This document shows, one piece after another, positions 37,646 through 47,997 of a stretch of 55,792 bases of DNA. The notes below the pieces were generated by a model. That model worked only from the letters and a program-made list of their open reading frames with translations. It was not told the DNA's origin and made no database searches. The DNA is taken from positions 1-55,792 of IMG/VR virus record IMGVR_UViG_3300045885_000606. One strand, written 5' to 3'. The position numbers and the translations under genes are program-made. Within the stretch, counting starts at the first letter, position 1. Each line of letters begins with the position of its first letter. This stretch comes from a virus. Lineage: Duplodnaviria > Caudoviricetes.

Positions 37646-40399
37646 TCACTCATCCTTTATGATATAGTTCGGCTTAAGACCGAGCTGACGAATGATCTCT
37701 TCCCGAGTGATCGTAGGATATTTCTCCTTCGACTTCTTCCAGGTTTCGTCAATGATGGCCTTCGTCACCACTTTCTTCCCGGCGTCTGCCGCGCCTTGGG
37801 CCGGCGCTGGCGCGGTGGTCGTCTGCCCTCTGGGTGGCTGCGCCAGGGGCTGGGGCAGGGTACGAGGGGGGGACGGTTTGCCGACAATCTCGTCCCAGGG
37901 TTTGAGCGCCGCCATGTCGTCGGTGCGGTAGTCAAAGACCGTGTTTTCAGGCCGGTAGCCCTGGTTCTTGCTGGTCTCGGCAAACTGCGCTGCGTGGCGC
38001 ACAAAGCCCTTGTTCTGCGCGACGGCGAGTCGCCTGGCAATGTTGATGTACTCGTTGTAGATATTATCGGGGAGGACCTGGCCGCTCCTCAGCCAGATGC
38101 CCCAGCGTGCCACCTGCTCGCGCAAGTTCCCCCCGTGGGAAAAGAGTTCATGCTCTTCATTGCGGACACCGGTGCGGTCATCGAGGAGCTTGGCAAACGT
38201 GTAAATGAGGGCCTCGTCGCCAGCGACGGAGCGGTTGGGCAGCTCACTCACGGTTTTAATCTTGGCCCAGGCAGACATGACCTCCTGGTAGCCCTTGTTC
38301 GCCGGCATGTCATTCCACTCTTTGAGGCGCTGGAACTCCCCTTCACTCAGCACCTTGTTCAGTTCGAGATACTGCTGCTGATAGGCCAGGGCGAGACGTT
38401 GCTCGGAGAGTGCCAGTTCGGCGTCGGCACGGCGACTGCGCTCATCCATCTCCTGCAGATCGCGGGCGTGTCGCTCGGTCTTTTGCGCCGCAGCTTGGAC
38501 CGCCAGGTCGTGCTCTTTTTGGTGGCGCTTCTCGACCTCCTCTTTGATTGCGGCCTCACGTCTGGCCCGCTCGGCGGCTTCCCCCGCCCAGCCATGCCGC
38601 TCGCCCTTGCGTTCCTGTTCTGTTCTGCCCCACTGCTGGCGTTCTTCAGCCCTCGTCGCCGCTTTCTCCTCGCGTTCCGCCTTCTCCACCTTGAGTTGCG
38701 AGGGCGGAAATCGTGTCGACCCTGGCGGCAGCGCCTCGCCTGGCTTCGCATCAGGGGGCGTCTCGCCTGCTGGCAGTGGCGGGAGGGGTGGTTGCAGCAT
38801 AGGATCGCGCTCTCGATTCTCGACCTGGTAGCGGTAGCTTGCCTCGTCCTCAGGCAGCGGCATGAGAATCGTTGGGGCTCCTGCTGCTGGCGTCGTCGGT
38901 GAGGCTTCTGGCACCAGCGGCGCCATAGGATCCCTGGGTGCTGGGGCTGGCGCTGGCGCTGGGGCTGGCGCGGTGCCCTGAAGATGCTGTCCACGCAAGT
39001 TCGATTCATCCATGGCTGCCCGCGTGGCGGCTTCGACCGAATCATAAGACGGGATCGTCTCCCCTTTCTTCACGCGGGCGAGGGCGTGGGCCACGGCTTT
39101 TTGGATTTGTCCTGGCGTGGGTTTCTCGCCCCTGAGGAGTCGATCGACACCAATTTGCCCATTGACCAGCAGCGGGATATTCGTATGCCTGGCGCTATTC
39201 AAGCGTGGATCACTTACGGTCGTAAGCATGACCGTGGCGGTTTGCCCATTAGGCATCTTCTGTGGCCCTAAATACCCCTCCGCCGGAGCCCCAGAAGGAA
39301 AGGTCGGTGTCGCCGGTGCGGGTGCCTGCTCGGAGACAGGGGTCCCAGAGGGCGCTGGCGCTGGCGCTGCGGGAGGTGGAGGGGCTGCAGATGCTGGCGA
39401 CGGGGTGGGCTGTGCCTGAGGTGCGGGTGTCTCTCCCTTCGTGCGGCCATGGGTCAAATCCCAGGCCAGCTGCATGGAGCGGAGCGTATCCGTGCCTTCG
39501 GCGCCTGGTACCGTTTTGTAGGCATCGATCATGGCTTTTGACGCCTCTGGCCCCACCATCAGAAATTCCAGCATGTACTGCCGGGTAAACTCGTCTATGG
39601 GGGGCTGTCCAGTCACCCGTGGCGGCGCCTTCATCCCGGAAGGGGGAGCGGCCGGCGCAGGCGGACTGGGTGGGACGGGATAGCCCTCTGGCCTGGTTGC
39701 ACCTGGCTGGCCTGAGAGACCCACCCCTCCAGGCAGTGGCGCCTGCACACCCTCGACAGTAACGCCCTTGTCGCGGAGAATCTGTTGGTATTCCCCCTGC
39801 AAGCTCACCAGTTGTTGCTGGTAATACGCCATGTTCATCTCATGCACGGCCCGAATCGTGGTATTTTGCTGGTCAATATCGGTGATCGCCTTCATCCGGG
39901 CGATATTCGCCTGAATCTGGTCGATTTGCGCTTTCACGTAGGGTTCCCGCACATCAGCCGCCCTTTTCCGCTCGGCAATGGTGGCTTTGCGAAACTCATC
40001 TTGCGACGTGGCGCTAAACATCGGCGCCTGCATGCGCGAGAGTTCGGACCTTGCCACCTCCTGGACCTGAGGATCAGGGTTTTTGAGCATCGTAACCAGG
40101 TGATTCATTTTCTCGACAGCCGCTACCTGCTTGGCATGCTCTGGCCGCGCATCAAACTCGTAGCGCCTGGTTTGAGGATTGTAGAACCACGCTCCCCAGG
40201 GCGAGATAATGGGCTTATACGGTTGCTCCACGTCCCGCCGGAGTTTCTCCACGCCGAGCTGGGCTTTCTCCACTTCGAGGGGGATGAGTTCCTGCTGGGC
40301 GCGGACTTTGGGGAGGTTCAAGACCGCATCGGAATAGGCCCGGCCCATCTCCCCCAGCGCAGGACCGATGACGTCGGCAATGCCAGCAAAGGAGACCAT
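37646..40399 (-). CDS. Large internal virion/ejection-like protein with Pro-rich linkers and coiled coils
   Basis: ATG 40399 after GGAGG; composition and position. Confidence 0.6.
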   Translation of the reverse strand: MVSFAGIADVIGPALGEMGRAYSDAVLNLPKVRAQQELIPLEVEKAQLGVEKLRRDVEQPYKPIISPWGAWFYNPQTRRYEFDARPEHAKQVAAVEKMNHLVTMLKNPDPQVQEVARSELSRMQAPMFSATSQDEFRKATIAERKRAADVREPYVKAQIDQIQANIARMKAITDIDQQNTTIRAVHEMNMAYYQQQLVSLQGEYQQILRDKGVTVEGVQAPLPGGVGLSGQPGATRPEGYPVPPSPPAPAAPPSGMKAPPRVTGQPPIDEFTRQYMLEFLMVGPEASKAMIDAYKTVPGAEGTDTLRSMQLAWDLTHGRTKGETPAPQAQPTPSPASAAPPPPAAPAPAPSGTPVSEQAPAPATPTFPSGAPAEGYLGPQKMPNGQTATVMLTTVSDPRLNSARHTNIPLLVNGQIGVDRLLRGEKPTPGQIQKAVAHALARVKKGETIPSYDSVEAATRAAMDESNLRGQHLQGTAPAPAPAPAPAPRDPMAPLVPEASPTTPAAGAPTILMPLPEDEASYRYQVENRERDPMLQPPLPPLPAGETPPDAKPGEALPPGSTRFPPSQLKVEKAEREEKAATRAEERQQWGRTEQERKGERHGWAGEAAERARREAAIKEEVEKRHQKEHDLAVQAAAQKTERHARDLQEMDERSRRADAELALSEQRLALAYQQQYLELNKVLSEGEFQRLKEWNDMPANKGYQEVMSAWAKIKTVSELPNRSVAGDEALIYTFAKLLDDRTGVRNEEHELFSHGGNLREQVARWGIWLRSGQVLPDNIYNEYINIARRLAVAQNKGFVRHAAQFAETSKNQGYRPENTVFDYRTDDMAALKPWDEIVGKPSPPRTLPQPLAQPPRGQTTTAPAPAQGAADAGKKVVTKAIIDETWKKSKEKYPTITREEIIRQLGLKPNYIIKDE

Positions 40400-40400
40400 G

Positions 40401-42134
40401 TTAAATGCCTCCAAAATTCTCGTAGTCAAAGAACGACGGGTTCAGCCAATCCGCGGTATAATCGCCGGTGAGTTCTGGGAGGGCCCGGTCCCCATAGAGA
40501 TCCCGTAAGGTCTGGACGGCCGCTTGCGCTTGCTCAGGAGAGCTAGACGGCTGCGTATTTCCCAGCCCCAGAAGCGTCACGATGTTCCCCAACTGACTCC
40601 CCAGGTTTTTGAGCGTGTCGCCTGAGAGCCCCTGACCGTAGGGGTTGTATGTCGGCACACTGCTTGACCCCGGCGCTTGCGGGAAGGCCTGCCCTGCAGA
40701 GGCAGGCGGCGTGGGATTCGCCGTGTAGGGCCCTGTATAGCCTCCTAGAGCGGCTTGTTGTGTCCCCACGTAATTTTGTATGGATTGCTGCCTGAGGCCA
40801 GGCATGAGCCTGGCAAAGGCCTCTGCGGTGGCACGGTTGGCAGCCCCGCCGTCCGACTGGCCACGCATGGCCAGATCGTGCTGCACGGCCCGGGCGATGT
40901 CCGACATGGTGGCCTCGGTGAGCGGCTGGTAGAGGGCGTTCGCCCCGGCAATGACCTGCGCCGGATCGGCCAGGCGTCCACCGATGGCCTGCCGGGCAGC
41001 CCGGGCCGCGTCGGTTTCCAGGTTTTGCTGGATGTCAGTGGACGCCACGCGCTCGTTATAGCCCTGGAGTTGCTGGTTGTAGAGACTCGCCAGAGCCAGC
41101 AGTTGCTGGTAGAGCGCTTGCTGCTGGTTGTAGGCCTGCCCCTTCTGGCCATAGATATCTTCGGACACCCCTTGCCCTTGAATCCCAGAATAGAGCGACA
41201 GGCCGCTTGAGCCGAGTAAGGCGATCAGCGCCGGCAGAAGCTGGGCCCAGTTGACGTTGTCCATCGTTCCTCCTCCGGCACTCCCGCCGTATCCTGTGCT
41301 GCCTCCTGGCTGGTCAATGGCACTCCCCACGGTCCCGCCGGTCACACTCCCCACGGTGGAGAGCCCGGGAATCCCCGTCGCGGCACCGAGCAGTCCGCCC
41401 ACCACGCTCCCGACATTCCCTCCCGATTGATCCTGCGACAGGGAGTAGAGGCTATTGGCTGCAGAGAGCGCCTGTGTCGCCTGTCCGACCGTGATGCCGG
41501 TGCCGGGAATGAGCGTGTTGCTCACGGCTGCCAGGCCGGTATACGGGGCAGGGGTCGCGGCAATGGGCGCAATCCCTGCCGCTGGCGCACCCAGAGCTGC
41601 GCTTTCTCCAGTCGCCAGGGCGATGGGTCCCAGTTCGGCTGGCAGAGGCGAGGCCACCGCACCAGCTCCGCCCAGGGCCGGTGCGGCAAACCCCCCAAAT
41701 GCCCCTGCCAGACCGGTCGCCGCACCCAGCGCCAGGCCTGCCGTCACAAACTCGTTGGAGAGGAGAGATCCCAGCCCCCAGCCATCGCCGGCATTGTCCC
41801 CGTAGCGTCCGCCTGCCACGGGGATACCAGCAGCGGACCGCTTGAGGAACATCGCCAGATCACGGGTATAGACCGCATCACCGTAGGGGAGATCCTGCGG
41901 CAGGGGGACGATCTCGCCAGAGGACCACGCCAGTTGCTGGGCCCGGTCCAGCAAGTCCAGACGGGCAGGGCGCTGCTCTATCGCCGTGGGGTCAATGTTA
42001 TACTCCGCATCACCGGAGCCCTCCGTAAACTTGAGCCCAGGATAACTCTCGTAGACCGTGTTCGGATCGCCCAGGGTACTCTCGTGACCATAGTAGAAAT
42101 TATACTGTGGCTCATACGGGGTAGCATAGGGCAT
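40401..42134 (-). CDS. Internal virion/DNA-transfer (pilot)-like protein
   Basis: Gly/Ala-rich hydrophobic segments and a Gln-rich coil; follows the tail stabilisation gene. Confidence 0.6.
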   Translation of the reverse strand: MPYATPYEPQYNFYYGHESTLGDPNTVYESYPGLKFTEGSGDAEYNIDPTAIEQRPARLDLLDRAQQLAWSSGEIVPLPQDLPYGDAVYTRDLAMFLKRSAAGIPVAGGRYGDNAGDGWGLGSLLSNEFVTAGLALGAATGLAGAFGGFAAPALGGAGAVASPLPAELGPIALATGESAALGAPAAGIAPIAATPAPYTGLAAVSNTLIPGTGITVGQATQALSAANSLYSLSQDQSGGNVGSVVGGLLGAATGIPGLSTVGSVTGGTVGSAIDQPGGSTGYGGSAGGGTMDNVNWAQLLPALIALLGSSGLSLYSGIQGQGVSEDIYGQKGQAYNQQQALYQQLLALASLYNQQLQGYNERVASTDIQQNLETDAARAARQAIGGRLADPAQVIAGANALYQPLTEATMSDIARAVQHDLAMRGQSDGGAANRATAEAFARLMPGLRQQSIQNYVGTQQAALGGYTGPYTANPTPPASAGQAFPQAPGSSSVPTYNPYGQGLSGDTLKNLGSQLGNIVTLLGLGNTQPSSSPEQAQAAVQTLRDLYGDRALPELTGDYTADWLNPSFFDYENFGGI

Positions 42135-42136
42135 GG

Positions 42137-43696
42137 TTACACCCTCACAGGACGAGACAGCGGTTTCGGTCGTACCTGGTGAGAGAGGCCGCGAATCATG
42201 AGACCGCCAGCGCCGCTATACTCGCTGTAGAGGACCTCGCCGGTGAGGCCGATCTCGAACACCGCGTCGGCTTCGGCAAAGGCCGGGAGCAGCGAGCCCG
42301 GGACCGCCGTGGCTGCCACGCTCACCTTGCTCTGCTTCGTGAACGGATGTCTCGAGGGCTGCGTGCCAAACACAAAGGAGCCCTGAATGACCTGGTTCGC
42401 CGCGATGTTAAAGAGTTTCATGAGGATGCGCTGCACGTAGAAGGGGCGCAGTTGCGGCCCCATGGGGGGCATACGCACGCTCCAGGGCTGCGGGACGCCG
42501 TCATCGTTTCTATCCCCGCCAAAGATGCGCTGCACTCTGCCGCCGCCGTATTCCCCGGCAAAGGGCTGCGGCTGGCCTTCCTCGTCAATGAGCGTTTCAA
42601 TCGTCGTAAAGGGCACGGGAAACTCACAGATGGTCCAGGCGCGGCGGTGCAGATCAAAGACAAACATGCGGGTTAAGGACCCCAGGGGCTCCACCGGACA
42701 GGCACAGAGATAGAGCGGCGGATTATGCACCTGCGCCGCCATAGAGCGGTGGATCATCGACCAGGTGAGGCCGGCAATGTCCCACCGCCTGAAGATATAG
42801 GGACGGATTTTTTCGGAGATGAGGATGTCCCCGGTTCCCGAAAAGAGCGCAAAGCCCCTATGGGTCAGACGCAGGAGTCCCTGAAAGCCGTTGCCGGTCA
42901 CAAACTCGATCGAGCGTCCAGCGACACAGCCCATGTTGGTTTTGACCCGGTCAAACGTTGGCGCGTTGCCGCCGCCAAACGCTCCTGCCACCTGATAGGT
43001 GGCGAAGTTCTTAAAGGCGACGAGAATGTCCATGGGGGTAATCCCCACTTCGGACACGGTGAAGACCGCCAGGCCGGTGCCCACCGAGCCATCATCCTGA
43101 GAGAGAAAGAGCTGGTTGGAGGTGGGCCAGGAGTTCGGATTTTCGACGTCACTTTGTCTGAGCGACGAGGGCCCATCGTAGGTGGAAGAGACCGGCGCCG
43201 TATTCCAGACCCACAGGGCATTTTTGTGCACCACCATCCACTGCGCCCCAGGTGGAATGTCCGTGCCTGAAAGGCGCGTCATCGTCACCCCATCGGTTTC
43301 CCAGGGGATTTCGTAGCCCGCGGCAATGTAGGCGCGGTTCATCCAGGGGACGATGTGCGGGGTCTCATACGGCGTATCAAAGGTCCCGAGCAGCGTCCAG
43401 GGCACCGTCCCTCGGCGATAGAGGCGCTGCTGACCCGTATCCATGCGGCAGATGGCCAGATCGACCCTGGTCCCATCTGTCTGCGTGAAACCGCCCAGTG
43501 CCACAATCTGGATGGTCCCGGCTGGCGCGGTATCGACCGTCATGGCGCCGTCCCGCACACACAGCGAACCCTCTTCATCGAGGATAAAGTTGGTGGCACG
43601 CAGCACCTCGTTCTTTTCCACCTTCCAGGGCGAGGCAATAGCGTTCACGCCCCCGGAGTAATCCATGGTGTCGAGCGGCCGCAGGTCTCTAGCCAT
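42137..43696 (-). CDS. Tail tubular B / packaged-DNA stabilisation (nozzle)-like protein
   Basis: DYSGGVN N-terminus, beta-propeller-like, SDVENPNSW, GCVAGRSI; position. Confidence 0.7.
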   Translation of the reverse strand: MARDLRPLDTMDYSGGVNAIASPWKVEKNEVLRATNFILDEEGSLCVRDGAMTVDTAPAGTIQIVALGGFTQTDGTRVDLAICRMDTGQQRLYRRGTVPWTLLGTFDTPYETPHIVPWMNRAYIAAGYEIPWETDGVTMTRLSGTDIPPGAQWMVVHKNALWVWNTAPVSSTYDGPSSLRQSDVENPNSWPTSNQLFLSQDDGSVGTGLAVFTVSEVGITPMDILVAFKNFATYQVAGAFGGGNAPTFDRVKTNMGCVAGRSIEFVTGNGFQGLLRLTHRGFALFSGTGDILISEKIRPYIFRRWDIAGLTWSMIHRSMAAQVHNPPLYLCACPVEPLGSLTRMFVFDLHRRAWTICEFPVPFTTIETLIDEEGQPQPFAGEYGGGRVQRIFGGDRNDDGVPQPWSVRMPPMGPQLRPFYVQRILMKLFNIAANQVIQGSFVFGTQPSRHPFTKQSKVSVAATAVPGSLLPAFAEADAVFEIGLTGEVLYSEYSGAGGLMIRGLSHQVRPKPLSRPVRV

Positions 43697-43898
43697 GCTC
43701 CACGTCCTCCTCCATATCCTCTGGCGGCTTCTCCTCTCTGGGCTTCTCTACTCCCTCAGCACTAATCGCCTTCACCATGGGCGCACGTAGCGTCTTTTCG
43801 CCCTCAGAGTCGGGCTCTGGTGGTCCCTCGCCAGCGTCAAACTGGGCCACCAATTTCTTGAGGAGCGCCATCACTTCGTCTGGCAGATCAACCCACAT
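43689..43898 (-). CDS. Small acidic protein
   Basis: AAAGGA RBS; overlaps the next gene. Confidence 0.5.
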   Translation of the reverse strand: MWVDLPDEVMALLKKLVAQFDAGEGPPEPDSEGEKTLRAPMVKAISAEGVEKPREEKPPEDMEEDVEHG

Positions 43899-43992
43899 GC
43901 CGGATCCTTTCTCCTTTCAGGACAGGTTGTACACAAACCCCCCGATTCGTGTACATCCTGTCCTGAAACTGGCCCCTAAGGACCAGATAGAT

Positions 43993-44997
43993 CTAAGGGA
44001 CTATTGTTCCCCACGGCCCAATCGGGTAGAGGGGGCCCCCATTGGGATAGACGCCGTACATCGCCACCTGCGCGGTTCCGTCCTGGAGGTCGGACTGCAG
44101 CACGCTATCGACGAGTATCCGCTCACATTCTTGCCAGAAGCGGGTCATGAGGGCGCCCTCCGCCTGATCGTCTTGCTCGGCGCCTTTCACCTGGGCCCTG
44201 GCATAGGTGCGGATCGGCACCAGCCAGGCCGGTGGGACTTCGACCACGGAGGTCGGCGCCGTCAGCGTCGAGGGAATGCGCTTGCCCTTCACCCACAGGG
44301 AACAGGAGACCGCAGTGGCATAGGCAAAGTGCGCTTCCGCCAGCGTCCCGCCACAGCCCCGCCGAGAGATCGCCAGGGTGTTGCCCTCGACCTGCTGGTA
44401 CTGCATAAGTTCGCCATCAATTCGCACCCAGCCAAACGGGAGAAAGCCCTCTGTAGAGGTGAGGGGGAGCCGGTCAGTGCGCGGACCGATATCTTCCGCG
44501 AGCGTTGTGCGCGGATCGGAGCGCTCGGGGTTTGGCCAGTAGCTCACTTCGAGCGACCCCACCCGCCTATGCGTCCCGTAGGTAAGGGGCTGGCCCACTG
44601 CCTGCGCCGGGTAGATGGTATATTGCTGCGGAAAAGGGAAGCACTGACGCTGGTAGGCATAGACGGCCAGTATCTGGTGCCAGCGTATATCCAGGGTGTA
44701 GACCGGTTGGCCCATGACTGCCGAGGTCGCAAACCAGTCTTCGACGCGCCAGTTGGTGTATTTGACCAGTTCGGTCATGCCGTCCGAGAGCCAGTCTAAG
44801 AGCGTGGCGTTGGAAAAGCGAAAGCCGTCGTGCTCGCAACTGACCGGATCATCCTGGAGGCCGGTCACTGGATCCATGGTTGGATCAGGGATCATCGCCC
44901 GCAGTTGCTTGAGGAGTTGGCAGGCTTGAATCTCCTGCACGAAGGGGGCTTCCACGGCCAGGATGGCATCCGGGGTAAGGAGAGCTGGTACAGCCAC
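43993..44997 (-). CDS. Head-tail adaptor / tail tubular A-like protein
   Basis: FSNATLLDWLSDG...YWPNP...EVPPAW; position. Confidence 0.6.
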   Translation of the reverse strand: MAVPALLTPDAILAVEAPFVQEIQACQLLKQLRAMIPDPTMDPVTGLQDDPVSCEHDGFRFSNATLLDWLSDGMTELVKYTNWRVEDWFATSAVMGQPVYTLDIRWHQILAVYAYQRQCFPFPQQYTIYPAQAVGQPLTYGTHRRVGSLEVSYWPNPERSDPRTTLAEDIGPRTDRLPLTSTEGFLPFGWVRIDGELMQYQQVEGNTLAISRRGCGGTLAEAHFAYATAVSCSLWVKGKRIPSTLTAPTSVVEVPPAWLVPIRTYARAQVKGAEQDDQAEGALMTRFWQECERILVDSVLQSDLQDGTAQVAMYGVYPNGGPLYPIGPWGTIVP

Positions 44998-45010
44998 GAG
45001 AGCACCTTTC

Positions 45011-45241
45011 TCAGGGGCATGGCAGCCGCTGTCCCAGCGCTTCCGTACATTTGAGGAGGCGCTCGACCAGATCGCGGGTCGTCTGCTGCTGCGCTCGCCA
45101 TTCGCCCACCACGTAGTAAATAATCAGCGCTCCCAGAACCAGGAGCGCCAGCGACAGGACCGGGCCTCCGCGCTCTAAGATCGGCATGAGCTGCCCGAGC
45201 GTCCGCGTCAGACGGTTTTCCGGGCCATTAGCGTCCGGCAC
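45011..45241 (-). CDS. Single-TM membrane protein (holin-like candidate)
   Basis: GTG 45241 after GAGGAGG; hydrophobic VLSLALLVLGALIIYYVV followed by a coil. Confidence 0.45.
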   Translation of the reverse strand: MPDANGPENRLTRTLGQLMPILERGGPVLSLALLVLGALIIYYVVGEWRAQQQTTRDLVERLLKCTEALGQRLPCP

Positions 45242-45917
45242 GAAGTACCACCTCCTCACTCGGGGTCCAGCCTGGTCGGTAGTCCTCGTCGGTAATGCCC
45301 CTGGGCATGAGGTGGATCGTTTCCACACAGGGCGTGGCATAGACCGGGATGCCGACTTCCCGGCAGCGCAGAAAGAAGCTCATGTCCTCACCGTAGCGCC
45401 CCCGGTGCTCAAATGGTTCTTCACCCGGCAAGGCCTCCTCAAGATGGGCAAACACACTGCCGTGGATGAGGAGACAGCCCCCTCCGGCCGCACCCACCTG
45501 AAAGACCTCTGCCGCGGGATCGTATTCGAGGAGCGGCACAAAACCCTGCTCCTCGTCTCGCCAGACCCACAGCATGGGATGGTGCGGAAGCACTTTGTGG
45601 CGGTAGATCCCGGTGAGGACCGGGACCTGGTAGCGCTCCATGAGATGCACCATTTTGGCCAGGACATCGGGTTCAAAAGTGTGATCGGTATCGGTCATCC
45701 AGAGCCACTCGCCTCGCATCTCTTTGACCAGGAAATTCCTGGCGCCAGCATGGAGCGAAAACGTGGCGCGGGTATAATGAATCGATGCGTCACTCTCCAC
45801 CAGGTAGCGCGAGGTATAGTCCCGCATCGCTCCCCAGGCCCAGCAAAAGGCCTCAGGCACCCCCCACACGCCGCCCAGATAGGCGGCGGTCCCTTTGACA
45901 TGCTGCCATGCGATCAT
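45228..45917 (-). CDS. GT-A fold (family 2-like) glycosyltransferase
   Basis: ARNFLV...WLWMTDTDH (DxD)...GGGCLLI...GEDMSF. Confidence 0.85.
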   Translation of the reverse strand: MIAWQHVKGTAAYLGGVWGVPEAFCWAWGAMRDYTSRYLVESDASIHYTRATFSLHAGARNFLVKEMRGEWLWMTDTDHTFEPDVLAKMVHLMERYQVPVLTGIYRHKVLPHHPMLWVWRDEEQGFVPLLEYDPAAEVFQVGAAGGGCLLIHGSVFAHLEEALPGEEPFEHRGRYGEDMSFFLRCREVGIPVYATPCVETIHLMPRGITDEDYRPGWTPSEEVVLRAGR

Positions 45918-46447
45918 GAGCCCTCCGCACGTCTGGCCAAAATAAAGTAGCCTTCTGGCACAAACCCGTAGTCGACCGTCTGCCACAGCACAATGTCCCA
46001 CCCTGTCACCGCAAGGAGGTCCAGGAGCCCAGATGCGGTGACGACACTGTTGTGGTAAAGCCCGGGATAGTCGGGAAGGCGCTCGCCCGGATCCTCCACA
46101 AAGCGCTCGTCACAGGGGACCGTCAGACACAGCCAGGGCGCCACGCGGTGGGCTTCTCTGAGGGAAACCCGCTGCCCGCCCTCGTCCAGGTGTTCAAGAA
46201 TGTCTCCCAACACCACCATCTCGCCGTCATCATCAGCAATCGGCCAGGGCTTGCGGCAATCAAAGCGGAGCTGGGGGACAAGCTGGGTGTGGAGGAGCGG
46301 ATCATAGGCCAGCAGATCGCAGTTCCACACCCGTGCGCCAAACGTGGCTCTGAGCGAGGCCGGATCGGTGCTCGCCCCGACGTTAAAGACCAGGCCGGTT
46401 GTTCGTTGGACACAGGAGCGCTGAAAGTCAAAACGCAGTGTGGTCAC
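45914..46447 (-). CDS. Class I SAM-dependent methyltransferase-like protein
   Basis: VFNVGAS...VLGDILEHL...LREAHRV...LTVP. Confidence 0.75.
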   Translation of the reverse strand: MTTLRFDFQRSCVQRTTGLVFNVGASTDPASLRATFGARVWNCDLLAYDPLLHTQLVPQLRFDCRKPWPIADDDGEMVVLGDILEHLDEGGQRVSLREAHRVAPWLCLTVPCDERFVEDPGERLPDYPGLYHNSVVTASGLLDLLAVTGWDIVLWQTVDYGFVPEGYFILARRAEGS

Positions 46448-47520
46448 GGTCGCTCCTCGGCCCAGGCCTCGTACTGATCGACCACCCCTTCCCAGTCAAA
46501 GCGCTTCCTGGCTTCCTGCATCATCTTGAGCCGTGTCTCTTCCAGCTCGTCTGCATGCTCCAGGAGATAGAGTGCCGCGTGGGCGTAGTGCCTGAGCGTC
46601 AGTTGATCGCGCTCGCCGTCACCCTCAATGCCCACGCCCGCAAGGAGCTGCTCGCCGGTCGCCCACTGCGGGTTGACAATGGGTATGGCCCCTAAGGCCT
46701 GCGCTTCCATGAGGGCAATGTGCCCGGTTTCAAGGAAGTTGGTGGGATGGACGTAGAGCGCACTGTGCAGCCACTCACGGTAGAGCGCCGTCTGCCCCAG
46801 GCGGCCGTGCAGGGTAATCCCGTCAGCGTGCAGCCTGGCATGCAGGATGCGGATCATTTCCCGCACGCGAGCGTTTGGGACCTTGTGCATGTTGTCAAAG
46901 CCGTAAAAAACATGCAGCTCGGCTTTGCGCTCGTAAAACCGGATGGTGCGAAAGACCTCCAGAAGTCCCAGGAGTCCGCGGTCCGGAGAAGAAGCGTACA
47001 TGAGCCGGTGCGGGTTTCTCTGGATAGGCGCTCTGAGGAGCTGCTCCACAAGGTCAGCGCGCAGGCCATTCCTGGACTGCACAATTTTTGGGGCAAAGGT
47101 GGGGTGGCGGTGCTTGAGAAACTGCACATGCGCGCTGCAGAGCCCGATCACCCGCTCAATCTTGGGCTCCCAGTCCTCCTCCCAGGTCTGCGGGTGGTCG
47201 GCATCTTGCATGACGCACCACAGGCGCTGGCCACCCGCGGGTCCTTCAAGGCTGCCGGCGAGTTCTAAGCCGCGCACCAGGACCCAGATGCCGGGCGCAT
47301 GCCACTCCAGCTCTTCCAGAGGGCGCCAGAAGACGCCCTTGTAGACCCGTGGCACCCCTTCGTAGAGCGGTGCGTAGGAAAAGACCTCGTGGCCACGCGC
47401 TGCCAGCCGCCAGGCCATCTCGCAGTGCATGGTTTCCGAGCCCCCAATCCCCGGATCGTCCGGCGAGGTTGGCCCCCACGCCTCAAAATGGCGCGGTGAA
47501 ACGATATGGAACGTCGCCAT
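46444..47520 (-). CDS. GT-B fold (family 4-like) glycosyltransferase
   Basis: GIGGSE...LAARGHEV...YASSPDRGL...ETGHIALMEAQALG. Confidence 0.88.
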   Translation of the reverse strand: MATFHIVSPRHFEAWGPTSPDDPGIGGSETMHCEMAWRLAARGHEVFSYAPLYEGVPRVYKGVFWRPLEELEWHAPGIWVLVRGLELAGSLEGPAGGQRLWCVMQDADHPQTWEEDWEPKIERVIGLCSAHVQFLKHRHPTFAPKIVQSRNGLRADLVEQLLRAPIQRNPHRLMYASSPDRGLLGLLEVFRTIRFYERKAELHVFYGFDNMHKVPNARVREMIRILHARLHADGITLHGRLGQTALYREWLHSALYVHPTNFLETGHIALMEAQALGAIPIVNPQWATGEQLLAGVGIEGDGERDQLTLRHYAHAALYLLEHADELEETRLKMMQEARKRFDWEGVVDQYEAWAEERP

Positions 47521-47525
47521 GGTGC

Positions 47526-47966
47526 TCAGGCTCCCGGCGTAAAGTCCACCAGCGCATCATAGGTCACATCATCGGTGCCACTCTTGGTGAGCGCAATCCG
47601 CCCAAAGGTGTAGCTCAGCGCATCCGGTACCACACCGGAGAGGATCATCGTCTGGTCACGCCCCGTCCGTCCCGACACCGCCTGGGCAATGGTGCGGAGC
47701 TGCGAGGTAAAGCCAGAATCGTAGGCCACTTGCAACTCATACGTCGGCCCGACAGTGCCCGAACCTGACACCCAGCCCTTTTGCCGGATGACGGCCCGGC
47801 CAAACATGATGCCCGTCGGGGCCTGCATGACCGGCGTCGTAGTGACGTTTTGATCCGCCAGCTCGAAATGAAAGCCCAGCGTCGGGGGCTGGACACTCCC
47901 CGTGCCTATGCCCACCTGAAACGGCCCCAGTTTTGCTTTGGTCCAATCACCCAGACTAAAAGCCAT
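47526..47966 (-). CDS. Virion protein downstream of the capsid gene (decoration/cement candidate)
   Basis: AGGAGG RBS; beta-rich 146 aa; position. Confidence 0.55.
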   Translation of the reverse strand: MAFSLGDWTKAKLGPFQVGIGTGSVQPPTLGFHFELADQNVTTTPVMQAPTGIMFGRAVIRQKGWVSGSGTVGPTYELQVAYDSGFTSQLRTIAQAVSGRTGRDQTMILSGVVPDALSYTFGRIALTKSGTDDVTYDALVDFTPGA

Positions 47967-47997
47967 GGCGCTCCTCCTTGTCTATACGAGAATGCAG

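Noticed and set aside
37166-38902. Long + strand ORFs opposite late genes (e.g. 37166-38902, 31476-33017, 43777-44799)
   Set aside because: Antisense shadows of GC-rich genes, with no motifs or RBS.
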